Virus record (IMG/VR): IMGVR_UViG_3300033571_009404
Coordinates: 186,001 to 250,000 of that record
DNA: 64,000 bases
Direction: 5' to 3' (one strand)
A program made the translations under genes and the position numbers. Under the pieces are notes generated by a model, which did not search any database, was not told the DNA's origin, and worked only from the letters and a program-made list of their open reading frames with translations. Below are positions 19,766 through 28,094 of this stretch, one piece after another (within the stretch, counting starts at the first letter, position 1; each line of letters opens with the position of its first letter).

Positions 19766-20356
19766 ATGACCGTGCAATCTTCCCAAGACCGCTTGTCCCT
19801 CGAACTCAAGAGCTTTGGCTTCGACAAGTACCAAACTCAGTTCCTGGACGCACGTGTGTTCAGCAGGCATAGCGCAGATCTGGTCGCCATCTACGATCGT
19901 GCTCGCTACAACCTCAAGACCCTGGGTCTGAACGACAACATCGACATCGACCTCACGCTTTCGGTCAACGAGCATGGTGTCAAAGAAGCCGCCAAAGTAC
20001 TGTGTGATGAGAATCTGGTTGGCTCGCTCAACACCATCAACACCCCCTCGACCTATATCGAGGTATTCACCGGAAAGGATATGGCGCACAAGATCGCCAA
20101 TGTCCTGAGCAAAGCCGGTAGCAATCCCTGCTATGGTAACAATACCACCTTCATTGATCTGCAAGCAGTTAAGAAGTTCTTCGTGGACTTCGTAATTGAT
20201 ATGGATCAATTCGGTGGTGTGACGTGGGGTATCGCACCGTCTGGCATTGGTCTGTCCATCGACATGATCTATCAAGGTCAGGTGGTCATGAATCTGCACA
20301 TCGGCACGCCTAACTGGAAACACCATATGGCTACCATCGAAGCAGAAGCAGCGTAA
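19766..20356 (+). CDS. Hypothetical protein with highly-expressed-type codon bias, own transcription unit
   Basis: 196 aa, AAGGA SD, C-ending codon bias; upstream inverted repeat and downstream terminator. Confidence 0.75.
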   Translation: MTVQSSQDRLSLELKSFGFDKYQTQFLDARVFSRHSADLVAIYDRARYNLKTLGLNDNIDIDLTLSVNEHGVKEAAKVLCDENLVGSLNTINTPSTYIEVFTGKDMAHKIANVLSKAGSNPCYGNNTTFIDLQAVKKFFVDFVIDMDQFGGVTWGIAPSGIGLSIDMIYQGQVVMNLHIGTPNWKHHMATIEAEAA

Positions 20357-20369
20357 ACCTGCGCGTATT

Positions 20370-20400
20370 CCCCAGCACTTAAATGGTGCTGGGGTTTATG
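20370..20400 (+). terminator. Terminator-like hairpin followed by TTTATG
   Basis: CCCCAGCAC-TTAAATG-GTGCTGGGG-TTTATG. Confidence 0.75.
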
Positions 20401-20421
20401 ACACTTTGAAAAGGTTTCACT

Positions 20422-21117
20422 ATGGCAATAAAAGATGATGCATTTGATAACTTCAAGGCTGCTCTCTTGAATGTTCAAATCGAAAGTGTCGTCGGAGCAG
20501 AGATTGCAGCCGAAAAGCAAATCGAGCTAATGAACTTGGCTCGACTGCGTGAAGCGTTGACGACGTTGCGCCACTACGCGGTGATGGTTTTTGAATCACC
20601 AGAATTTGCAAAGGATACCCGTCATCTTAAATCGGAGCACTATCAAGTTACTTTGGTAGGGGAGCGCGTTTCATGTCCGATGATTATGACCTTTGCACGC
20701 GATTTTGATTCTCGCGTTACGATGGGGGATTTGGGAGAATGTGAGGTAACGGTGCAAAGCCAGCCTTATACGCTTCCTGACGGAGAACTGATTAACTGTT
20801 TAGCAAAGCAGGCTAAGAAGTTTACCAAGGGCGATCTTATTCACATGTCGCCTATGCACTGGGTCAATCACGCTTTAAACGCAAGACGACGCATGGTCGA
20901 TGTAATCTATGGGAAAGACTTACTCGATCCAAGTGCTGAAATGAATCAACTGATCAGCCATATCTCTGCATTTCTTGGTACCGTTACTCAAGGTCAAGCA
21001 CCTAGCCTCAGTAACGTACCAGTCAAGAGCTTGGCCAAATATAACATGAAAGATCCGGGTTCCTTCTTCTTGGCGGTCGTCTTACGTGGACGCGTGATTT
21101 TTACAATCCGCATTTGA
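20422..21117 (+). CDS. Hypothetical protein
   Basis: 231-aa ORF; no motif recognised. Confidence 0.65.
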   Translation: MAIKDDAFDNFKAALLNVQIESVVGAEIAAEKQIELMNLARLREALTTLRHYAVMVFESPEFAKDTRHLKSEHYQVTLVGERVSCPMIMTFARDFDSRVTMGDLGECEVTVQSQPYTLPDGELINCLAKQAKKFTKGDLIHMSPMHWVNHALNARRRMVDVIYGKDLLDPSAEMNQLISHISAFLGTVTQGQAPSLSNVPVKSLAKYNMKDPGSFFLAVVLRGRVIFTIRI

Positions 21118-21125
21118 GGGATATA

Positions 21126-21839
21126 ATGAGCGATATCAGGGGATCAAAGGAGTTCGTTAAGGACTTGATTGAGCCAGAGAAACGACTGTTCAATTTCGTG
21201 ATGCAGCAACTCAGTCACGAAATGGATCGTAGTAGTCGTCTTAACCAGAATTGGTTGCGTGCTCTGGCAGACATCAAGCGTGCCTATCAAGCAATCGTCA
21301 TTGACGCTGTTGCCGATGGGTTAAAATATCGAAGGATGAATGCGGTTCGACCTGACCAACCGGTCAAGTCAGCAATGGACTTAATTTCCCAAAAGCGTGG
21401 TGGTATGAAAATCCATCATTGCTACTCGGTCCAGAACTACGCAGTGGAGTGTTTGCGTGAACCGTTGAAATCCGATAACCGTTTTGGCTACAAGCTGGAA
21501 ATTCATCACTGGGTCCCGTTGGCCTATAAGGACTGCATTGATGAATGGAACTTCCCGGTCAAGCCTGACAAAAATCTGTCTTCGATTCTGAATGCTGTTC
21601 GAGTGCGCTTTGCAGGGATGGTTTACCGTAAGAGTGCCGTCGGTCATCCGGAGAATATGGGTAAGGTGATTACTTCAACTGTTGATGCTTTTTGCGACTT
21701 CATCGTTGCTTCACACGAGTCTTTGGAACACGTGTCGTATAAGCGTCATCTGCTGAAGGATCCTAAAGAACTGGAACAGATGGATGTCATGGTCACACAA
21801 GGTAACAACGAACTGCTGTGTGGTTTTTCTGCCTATTGA
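21126..21839 (+). CDS. Hypothetical protein (ATG at 21126 preferred over TTG at 21114)
   Basis: GAGGG SD before ATG 21126, same frame as the track ORF. Confidence 0.65.
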   Translation: MSDIRGSKEFVKDLIEPEKRLFNFVMQQLSHEMDRSSRLNQNWLRALADIKRAYQAIVIDAVADGLKYRRMNAVRPDQPVKSAMDLISQKRGGMKIHHCYSVQNYAVECLREPLKSDNRFGYKLEIHHWVPLAYKDCIDEWNFPVKPDKNLSSILNAVRVRFAGMVYRKSAVGHPENMGKVITSTVDAFCDFIVASHESLEHVSYKRHLLKDPKELEQMDVMVTQGNNELLCGFSAY

Positions 21840-21841
21840 CG

Positions 21842-21877
21842 GCATAAGGAGAGAGCCCTTGGGCTCTCTCCTGTATG
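21842..21877. terminator. Bidirectional terminator-like hairpin
   Basis: AGGAGAGAGCCC-TT-GGGCTCTCTCCT, flanked by GCATA / TATG and a T-run, between convergent genes. Confidence 0.75.
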
Positions 21878-21893
21878 TCCTTTCTTTTTTGTT

Positions 21894-22727
21894 TTACCGC
21901 ATGCCACCCATCGGGAACTTGATATCGCGCTGCCAAGTTTCACGATCATTCATGCGTGCAATCTTCATCCACTTCTCCTTCAGGAAGTTTTCGTAGAGTT
22001 CGTTTGCATCGGCATAAGTGTCAATGATCTGTTTGATGGTACCTAATGCTTGACCTGCGTACAGCTGACCCACGTCCATCTGAACGATGTATTCGTTGTA
22101 GATGTGTGCTTTCACCGCTAATGTCACCAGTTGGCTAAACGGATGAATGGTACGGATCTGCAAGTGTGCCATGTTAGGGTCATCTGCTAAGATACAACGC
22201 AGAGATACATTAGGCGGCAGAATGGTAGAGTCTTTCACCATAATGACGTTCTCACCTACTAACTGAACGTAAGCAGTTGAGACCACCGGAATGGTGCCAT
22301 AGGCGTCAATCATCGCTTGACCACTGTACATCATGGCCGAGTTGTTCACGGTACCAGAACCACCATACGCTGCTAACTTGGTAGCATCAGCATAAGTGAT
22401 GTTGATCGCAGAGACGATTGAACGACCTTGCGTTAACTTACGAGGGATGTCGTAGTAACAGATGTAGTCATACTGATCGTCGCGACGGGCAGGTAAACCT
22501 ACCAGTGGAATCATGGCTTCAGTGCCGCCAATGATGTTGCAATCCACCAGTACGCGAGGACGGATGACTTGGTTTAACAAAGCTTCGTCAATAGAGACAG
22601 GCGGTCGATTCCATCCTGGAAGCGACTGACCTAGGATACTACCAGGCTGCTGGAAGACAACGTTAAGTACCTCTCGCGGGATACGACGTTTGACATCATC
22701 AATAGCCTTAGAGATGGGGTTCAACAC
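21894..22727 (-). CDS. Conserved phiKZ-like hypothetical protein adjacent to PhuZ
   Basis: 277 aa; divergent from the tubulin gene, an arrangement typical of this group. Confidence 0.65.
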   Translation of the reverse strand: MLNPISKAIDDVKRRIPREVLNVVFQQPGSILGQSLPGWNRPPVSIDEALLNQVIRPRVLVDCNIIGGTEAMIPLVGLPARRDDQYDYICYYDIPRKLTQGRSIVSAINITYADATKLAAYGGSGTVNNSAMMYSGQAMIDAYGTIPVVSTAYVQLVGENVIMVKDSTILPPNVSLRCILADDPNMAHLQIRTIHPFSQLVTLAVKAHIYNEYIVQMDVGQLYAGQALGTIKQIIDTYADANELYENFLKEKWMKIARMNDRETWQRDIKFPMGGMR

Positions 22728-22908
22728 TAAGTTCTCCTAAGCAAGGGATTCCAAATTATTGAAGACACTTATTATTACACTGAGCATATAAAAGAAAGGT
22801 CTCTATAGGATTGATTCCCTATCCTGTGTATTGCTCATAGTCGTGTTTTACAAGCATTGGCTAACATATGTAGTTGGTCTTATATCTCAACCGAAAAAGG
22901 AAACAAGC

Positions 22909-23901
22909 ATGTCCGATAAAATCAAAGGCAATGTCAGGGTCTACTGTGCAGGCGGCCTCGGTGCAAACCTGGCTTCGATCTTGCTGCGCGACACCAAGCA
23001 GCCCGCAGCAGACGGCTTCGCCAATCTGGACGTCTGCCTGATCGATACCTCCAAGTCGAACCTGATCGACTCCGCCGTCCCCGAAGCCAATCGCTATCTG
23101 GTGGAAGATCGTGACGGTTCTGGTGGTGTGCGTTCCGAGAACGCTGAAGCCATCATCGAGCGCAAGCTGGAAGTGCTGCAGAAGTTCAAGCCCTCTGATG
23201 ATCTGAACATCGTCATCTCCTCGGGTGGTGGTGGTTCCGGTTCGGTCATCGCACCGGTGCTGGTCGGTGAACTGTTGAACCGTGGCCTGAACGTGATCGT
23301 GCTGATGGTCGGTTCCCAAGAAACCGTCACCGAAGCCAACAACACTCTGAAGACCCTGATGTCGTACGAAGGCGTGTGGAAGGCTACCGGTCAGCCGGTG
23401 GTGATCTCCTACACCGAGAACGATGCCAAGAACAGCCACAAGGACAACGACGAACTGATCGTCCAACGTGTGACTGCACTGCGTGTGCTGTTCAGCCGCG
23501 AGAACCACGGTCTGGATTCCATGGACCTGACCAACTGGCTGCACTTCAACAAGGTGACCTCCTTCCAGAACTCCGGTATCGCTGGCCTGTCGATCGCTGA
23601 CAAGGCTACCGACATGGGCGATGGCAAGGGTATCCTGTCGGTGGCTACGCTGTCGGCTGATGTCGAAACCTCCAGCCTGCCGTACCTGGTCGAATACCAA
23701 CGCAAGGGTCTGACCAAGCTGAAGGACAAGATCGATGGTCTGCCGATCCACTACCTCATCTCGGATGGCTTCCTGGCTGACCGTGTGAGTCGTATCGAAA
23801 AGACCCTGAACGACTTCGATGCCAATCGCGACGCTCGCGTCAAGACTGGTCCCCTGTTCAACCGCAAGGGTGAAAAGGGTGAAGGCGGTCTGGTGTTCTA
23901 A
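22909..23901 (+). CDS. phuZ: Phage tubulin PhuZ
   Basis: T1 loop CAGGLGANL, DTS, tubulin signature SGGGGSGS, C-terminal tail ending GLVF; strong codon bias. AAGGA SD favours ATG 22909 over the track start 22831. Confidence 0.93.
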   Translation: MSDKIKGNVRVYCAGGLGANLASILLRDTKQPAADGFANLDVCLIDTSKSNLIDSAVPEANRYLVEDRDGSGGVRSENAEAIIERKLEVLQKFKPSDDLNIVISSGGGGSGSVIAPVLVGELLNRGLNVIVLMVGSQETVTEANNTLKTLMSYEGVWKATGQPVVISYTENDAKNSHKDNDELIVQRVTALRVLFSRENHGLDSMDLTNWLHFNKVTSFQNSGIAGLSIADKATDMGDGKGILSVATLSADVETSSLPYLVEYQRKGLTKLKDKIDGLPIHYLISDGFLADRVSRIEKTLNDFDANRDARVKTGPLFNRKGEKGEGGLVF

Positions 23902-23911
23902 CTAGACTGTA

Positions 23912-23935
23912 CTCCTGGGACTTCGGTCTCAGGAG
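23912..23935 (+). terminator. Hairpin with UUCG tetraloop after phuZ
   Basis: CTCCTGGGAC-TTCG-GTCTCAGGAG. Confidence 0.7.
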
Positions 23936-24066
23936 GACTCCAATGACATTTTAATACGCTACTACAGGTCTTAGAATGTCATTGGAGTTTATGGCCTTTA
24001 TGCCTTTTGTTTTTTCTTGGCAATAAAAACACAATAATCTTATTCTATGTCCATAGGTAGGGGAAT

Positions 24067-24501
24067 ATGACCTTGAGTGCAACCCAGAGTCGTAAAACGA
24101 CGCTGATACATGATCTAAACGATTATGTTAACCTGGTATGGGAATCGATTCACGACGCGGTTGAGAAGAAGGGATTCTTGTACGACTCAACCTTAACTCC
24201 CAAGAACATTGTTAAGTGGATCATTGCCAAAGAGTTCTGGCAAGCATACCACATTACGATGGTTGGGAATAACCCGGAGCTAGATGTAATACAGGATACT
24301 TTGTCAGCGATTCACCATGAATCGAACATGACATTGAATGGTCGTTTGACGGAGTATACCTTAGCGTATATCCCGTCACTGAAAGTACTTGACCCTTATC
24401 GTGAGATGAGTATGGAAATCTACGGTCGAGATCTCCACATCGTCTACTACGGTCAAGTCACTAATGAACTCTATAACCTCAGTAGTTGGAAAATGACATG
24501 A
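24067..24501 (+). CDS. Hypothetical protein, paralog cluster B
   Basis: 144 aa; terminal beta-hairpin EMSMEIYGRDLHIVY. Confidence 0.7.
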   Translation: MTLSATQSRKTTLIHDLNDYVNLVWESIHDAVEKKGFLYDSTLTPKNIVKWIIAKEFWQAYHITMVGNNPELDVIQDTLSAIHHESNMTLNGRLTEYTLAYIPSLKVLDPYREMSMEIYGRDLHIVYYGQVTNELYNLSSWKMT

Positions 24502-25184
24502 ACAACTTTATGGGTGGTATGAGATTAGATGCACTGGGAAGGATCAGTTCACCTAGTTTCAAACTAGAGCGCAAAGATTACTCTGGTAATTCAGACGATC
24601 GCGATGGCATCATCATCGATGTCATGGACGCTGCGTACTCGTTTGAGCAAACCAAAGCAACGCAGTACATGATTGCAAGGGATCAGTTTAGCATTGGTCG
24701 TCTCAGTCATTATGAGGCCGTGATCAAAGCGCGTTTAAACGATGGTCGTATCTTAGAGGAACGAGTCTACAGCCTCCAAACTGAACATGAAGATCAGTTC
24801 TGGATGGAGGAAATTTACATGTACCCTATACTGGGTATGAACTTGGTCCGTGAGGTAGTTGAGAACCGTGTGAAACAATCTGCAGCATGGCCAATGGGTC
24901 AGGTGCGTACTCACATGGAGATCTTCATCAACTACATGAGCGAGTATTGGCTCAATGCGATTAATCAAACCACAGACCCAGAGATCAAGTACCAACAGGA
25001 ACTAGCAGTCGAGGCGTTGTTTACGATCTTCCGACCCTTGCTAGACTTGGTGGATCAATTTATTTCGGGTAATCCCTGGCTGCAATATGAAGTCCGCACT
25101 CAAGCTAGATCGGTCGTGATCATCAGAGGCGAAGATTATCGTATCCAGGAGTACTACCGGATGAAAAATAGCCAGAAAGACTGA
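24486..25184 (+). CDS. Conserved hypothetical protein, paralog cluster B
   Basis: 232 aa; terminal QYEVRTQARSVVIIRGEDYRI. Confidence 0.7.
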   Translation: MENDMNNFMGGMRLDALGRISSPSFKLERKDYSGNSDDRDGIIIDVMDAAYSFEQTKATQYMIARDQFSIGRLSHYEAVIKARLNDGRILEERVYSLQTEHEDQFWMEEIYMYPILGMNLVREVVENRVKQSAAWPMGQVRTHMEIFINYMSEYWLNAINQTTDPEIKYQQELAVEALFTIFRPLLDLVDQFISGNPWLQYEVRTQARSVVIIRGEDYRIQEYYRMKNSQKD

Positions 25185-25185
25185 T

Positions 25186-25644
25186 ATGTTTGAACCACAT
25201 GGGTTAATTGTCCAGCATCCTTGTGTTTTGATTTCGTTGACCGATGCCATGCAGGTCTTAAGAGAAGCCATTGTTGACTTCAGAAATAAGAATCGACATC
25301 AAGCAGATTACAACTATCCAATTTGGCGAGATGGTGGTTTTGACACCATTCGTTTCTTTCAACTGATCGTGCGTTCAGCATTGGTTGGGGATAGTTTTCC
25401 AGTCGATGCCATGCAGGTGTTGGAAAACGCTGGGATGGATTACAACCTTGCTAAGGATGTCACAGTGACATTGGTGGATTTGATCCAAGGTAACATCATT
25501 GATCACTTCCCCAATTACAGCATCGAACAGATGTCGAAGTTTCACTTTGGTATCATGCCTCATGGCGATATGCATATCTTCCCTAACGGCATCCCGCCAG
25601 TGGCCAAAGGAGTAAACAATGCTGGCAGTGATTTTACCCTCTAG
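25186..25644 (+). CDS. Hypothetical protein, paralog cluster B
   Basis: 152 aa; terminal FHFGIMPHGDMHIFP. Confidence 0.7.
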   Translation: MFEPHGLIVQHPCVLISLTDAMQVLREAIVDFRNKNRHQADYNYPIWRDGGFDTIRFFQLIVRSALVGDSFPVDAMQVLENAGMDYNLAKDVTVTLVDLIQGNIIDHFPNYSIEQMSKFHFGIMPHGDMHIFPNGIPPVAKGVNNAGSDFTL

Positions 25645-26074
25645 TGAGATCATTAACTACTATCACAAATACGAGACAGTCTTCAGTTTCGTTAATGGTG
25701 GTGTTAAGGAATTGGTCAAACAACTTATCATGGTCTCTCATGGTTGGTATTACGACCATTTCTCAGATCTGCAAAAGACCGAGCAGTCCGTGCGTTTGAC
25801 AAATGAGCTGGTGGAACAGTACGAGAACTCCGTACATCGCCGGTACTTAGAAAACACACACTACCAGAATATGGATGTATCTCGCATGGTCGAACAGTTC
25901 ATCGATGAAATCGAAGACGCTGTTAATGCGATGATGAATCAGTATTTTGCAGGCGTACCTTACCAAGTCACTTCCTTTGCAGGGTGGTTAGGTTTAGAGG
26001 CGGTAGTGTATATGTCACCAGTAGGGGGTCAGAGTGTACAACATCCAACCCCAGTCCATTATAGTCTCTTTTAA
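25619..26074 (+). CDS. Hypothetical protein, paralog cluster B
   Basis: 151 aa, AAGGAG SD; terminal YQVTSFAGWLGLEAVVY. Confidence 0.7.
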   Translation: MLAVILPSSEIINYYHKYETVFSFVNGGVKELVKQLIMVSHGWYYDHFSDLQKTEQSVRLTNELVEQYENSVHRRYLENTHYQNMDVSRMVEQFIDEIEDAVNAMMNQYFAGVPYQVTSFAGWLGLEAVVYMSPVGGQSVQHPTPVHYSLF

Positions 26075-26447
26075 AGATGCCAATAACAAACTGAAATCCA
26101 GTTTCGTTGATCAGGAACTGCCCGCGCTTCCATTTGCATGGATAGCACGGGTGGTTTTTGATGTCATCTCTCACTATGGGCGTGGGAATTATGGCGCAGA
26201 AGAAATCGCAGCAATGTGCATGGAGATTGTAGATGATTGGTATATGCGAGTTGAAGTGGAAGAAGAAACAGGGGAAGTTTTTACAAACACACCTCTAGCT
26301 AATATGATACAACTGCGCGTCACCCAGTACCAAATAGCGGTGGAGAGCGAGTTGGATAATTTAGGATTATTCGTACATGGACGACTGCATTATCAGTTAA
26401 AGGAGTTTATTGATGAGGACACCGGAATTCTGGCCCTCCGGCAATGA
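26034..26447 (+). CDS. Hypothetical protein, paralog cluster B
   Basis: 137 aa, GTG start; LGLFVHGRLHYQL motif. Confidence 0.65.
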   Translation: MYNIQPQSIIVSFKDANNKLKSSFVDQELPALPFAWIARVVFDVISHYGRGNYGAEEIAAMCMEIVDDWYMRVEVEEETGEVFTNTPLANMIQLRVTQYQIAVESELDNLGLFVHGRLHYQLKEFIDEDTGILALRQ

Positions 26448-26847
26448 CTTTCAAAAGATCATTCTGGATACAGAGGCTGATGTAACCAGATTGCGCCATC
26501 ACTTGGCAATGGTTCAAGGACAACTAAAAGAAGATGAGATCTACGATGTATTGGTCGATGCAGCGATGTATGAATCGGGTGCAGAAGGTGAATTGGCTGT
26601 TGCCATGCATTACGACTATGGTAATGTAGAGGTACTCTTCAGCACTCCATTACAATGCGAAGATTTTTGTCTAACCATGGAGCGGTTAGGTAAGAGCATC
26701 ATTCGCCAATTAAAAGACTTAGGTCTTTACCAGAACGGCGCGTGTAATTACCGTTATGGCAACACATGTGGTAGTGACTTGGTGTTGTACTCTAACGAGT
26801 ACTACTTAAATCACATCACTATTCCCAACATCATGGAGTGTCAATGA
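26410..26847 (+). CDS. Hypothetical protein, paralog cluster B
   Basis: 145 aa, AAGGAG SD; LGLYQNGACNYRY motif. Confidence 0.7.
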   Translation: MMRTPEFWPSGNDFQKIILDTEADVTRLRHHLAMVQGQLKEDEIYDVLVDAAMYESGAEGELAVAMHYDYGNVEVLFSTPLQCEDFCLTMERLGKSIIRQLKDLGLYQNGACNYRYGNTCGSDLVLYSNEYYLNHITIPNIMECQ

Positions 26848-27218
26848 GTGAGACTGTAAACATCCCCAGACATGCGCTGGTGGAAGCAGCGGACTTGATC
26901 AATGAGTTCATGATCAGGATCGAGCATATCAAAAATCGCAATATTGCAGCGACAATGATGGTGCTCTTAATCTTCGATCAATTCAGTGATGGGAAGAATC
27001 CAAATACCTTCCCTGACACCTTCCCCAATTGGCAATCGTTCAATTGGGATTACAGTGACCAAGATAAGGCAATTATACGAAATGCAGGACTGGCTCTAGC
27101 GCACTCCCTCTACAATGAGCTAATGGCGCTAGGGCTAGTTCACCAGGGCCGTGTGCCCTACGTCACTAACAGAGTTGAAGCGAACAATTTGATCGTGCTC
27201 GACTACATGCCTTATTAG
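26838..27218 (+). CDS. Hypothetical protein, paralog cluster B
   Basis: 126 aa; LGLVHQGRVPYVT motif. Confidence 0.7.
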   Translation: MSMSETVNIPRHALVEAADLINEFMIRIEHIKNRNIAATMMVLLIFDQFSDGKNPNTFPDTFPNWQSFNWDYSDQDKAIIRNAGLALAHSLYNELMALGLVHQGRVPYVTNRVEANNLIVLDYMPY

Positions 27219-27226
27219 GAAACGCC

Positions 27227-27622
27227 ATGGCTGATTTTACTATCGGTAACACTTATAACTTCAAGTGCTACGCTCCAAGCATTCTGACCAGTGACTTCTC
27301 CAACGTGGTGGTCACGGACATTCTGTCGTATGCAACCGCTTCGCGTTTTCGTGAAGTAGCTGCAGTTCACGCACAGATCTATAATCAATTGCCTGATGGT
27401 ACGCCCAATCAGCCGCAGAAGTATCAATACCTGCAAGTGCAGTTCCCCAATGGTAAAACCGATATCATCGGTATTCCTTGGATTCGTTCTGACACTGTGC
27501 AGCTGGTTGACTCGGTCATCTTTGATGTCCAGATCCAAGGTCTGTCTTCGACTGACTACAACAAGATCAGTGCAGCGCTGAAACAAAACGGGATTACGAA
27601 CTTCACGATCAAGATCCTGTAA
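27227..27622 (+). CDS. Conserved phiKZ-like protein, putative SH3-like beta-barrel
   Basis: 131 aa, AGGA SD; YQYLQV...IIGIPWI pattern typical of the small conserved gene upstream of the DNA polymerase. Confidence 0.6.
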   Translation: MADFTIGNTYNFKCYAPSILTSDFSNVVVTDILSYATASRFREVAAVHAQIYNQLPDGTPNQPQKYQYLQVQFPNGKTDIIGIPWIRSDTVQLVDSVIFDVQIQGLSSTDYNKISAALKQNGITNFTIKIL

Positions 27623-27684
27623 TTGCATTAAGGCAACACTATTGTATGGTTTAGAAATAATTTACACAGCCATGTAATTATTTA

Positions 27685-28023
27685 GAGACTAACAAGGGCT
27701 GGCACAGTCCGGATTGCCGTTGAGACTTCGACCACCTCAATGGAACCTTCGCAAGAGGGATGGCCTTATAGACGTACCCGCTCCTACAGTACAACGGATC
27801 TGTTTACTCCTTTACACATTCCGTGGGATGAGACTGTGCACCGACAGCGATCTTTGGTTATCCTTTCCCAAGGGGAGCAACTGAGTGCTGCCATTTCGGT
27901 ACTGGGATACGTTCTATTTGGTAGTAAACTGTTTTCAGACGGTGTAATGCTCCAGTTATGGATTAACTCCCCATAACGACTCGGACCCCAGTCTTGGCGA
28001 AAGTCAGGGCTGGGGTCTTTTTT
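27685..28023 (+). ncRNA. Candidate structured non-coding RNA (~340 nt); ends approximate
   Basis: Promoter-like AAATAATTTAC at 27655-27665, at least eight stem-loops (including GCAA and GAAA tetraloops), and a strong terminator with a T-run at 27984-28023. The only ORF (78 aa) lacks an SD and coding character. Confidence 0.5.
27984..28023 (+). terminator. Intrinsic terminator
   Basis: GACCCCAGTC-T-TGGC-GAAA-GTCA-GGGCTGGGGTC followed by TTTTTT. Confidence 0.85.
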
Positions 28024-28094
28024 CCGTCACTTTTGTTTTTAAGTTTTTACCACCACCATAGATGTTACGTCTCGATGTAAAGGAGCATAACAAC

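Noticed and set aside
12300-21840. Diversity-generating retroelement or other mobile-element explanation for the paralog array
   Set aside because: No reverse transcriptase, integrase, transposase or nucleotide-level template/variable repeat pair was seen; the similarity is only at the remote protein level.
22861-23751. 296-aa antisense ORF over phuZ
   Set aside because: Antisense shadow of a highly biased gene.
27857-27910. Partial resemblance to the SAM-I riboswitch core (TTATC...GCAAC...GTGC...GATA)
   Set aside because: It lacks the conserved J1/2 AnGAG, the kink-turn P2 and the pseudoknot, and the neighbouring genes are not metabolic; treated as chance or a distant analogy.
27740-27976. 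78-aa ORF inside the candidate ncRNA
   Set aside because: No SD, atypical composition, and its start codon lies within a stem; not excluded without Ribo-seq.
27696-28023. tmRNA, RNase P, tRNA or group I intron identity for the structured region
   Set aside because: No tRNA-like acceptor/CCA end, tag ORF, RNase P P4 consensus or group I P7 motif was seen, and it does not interrupt a coding sequence.
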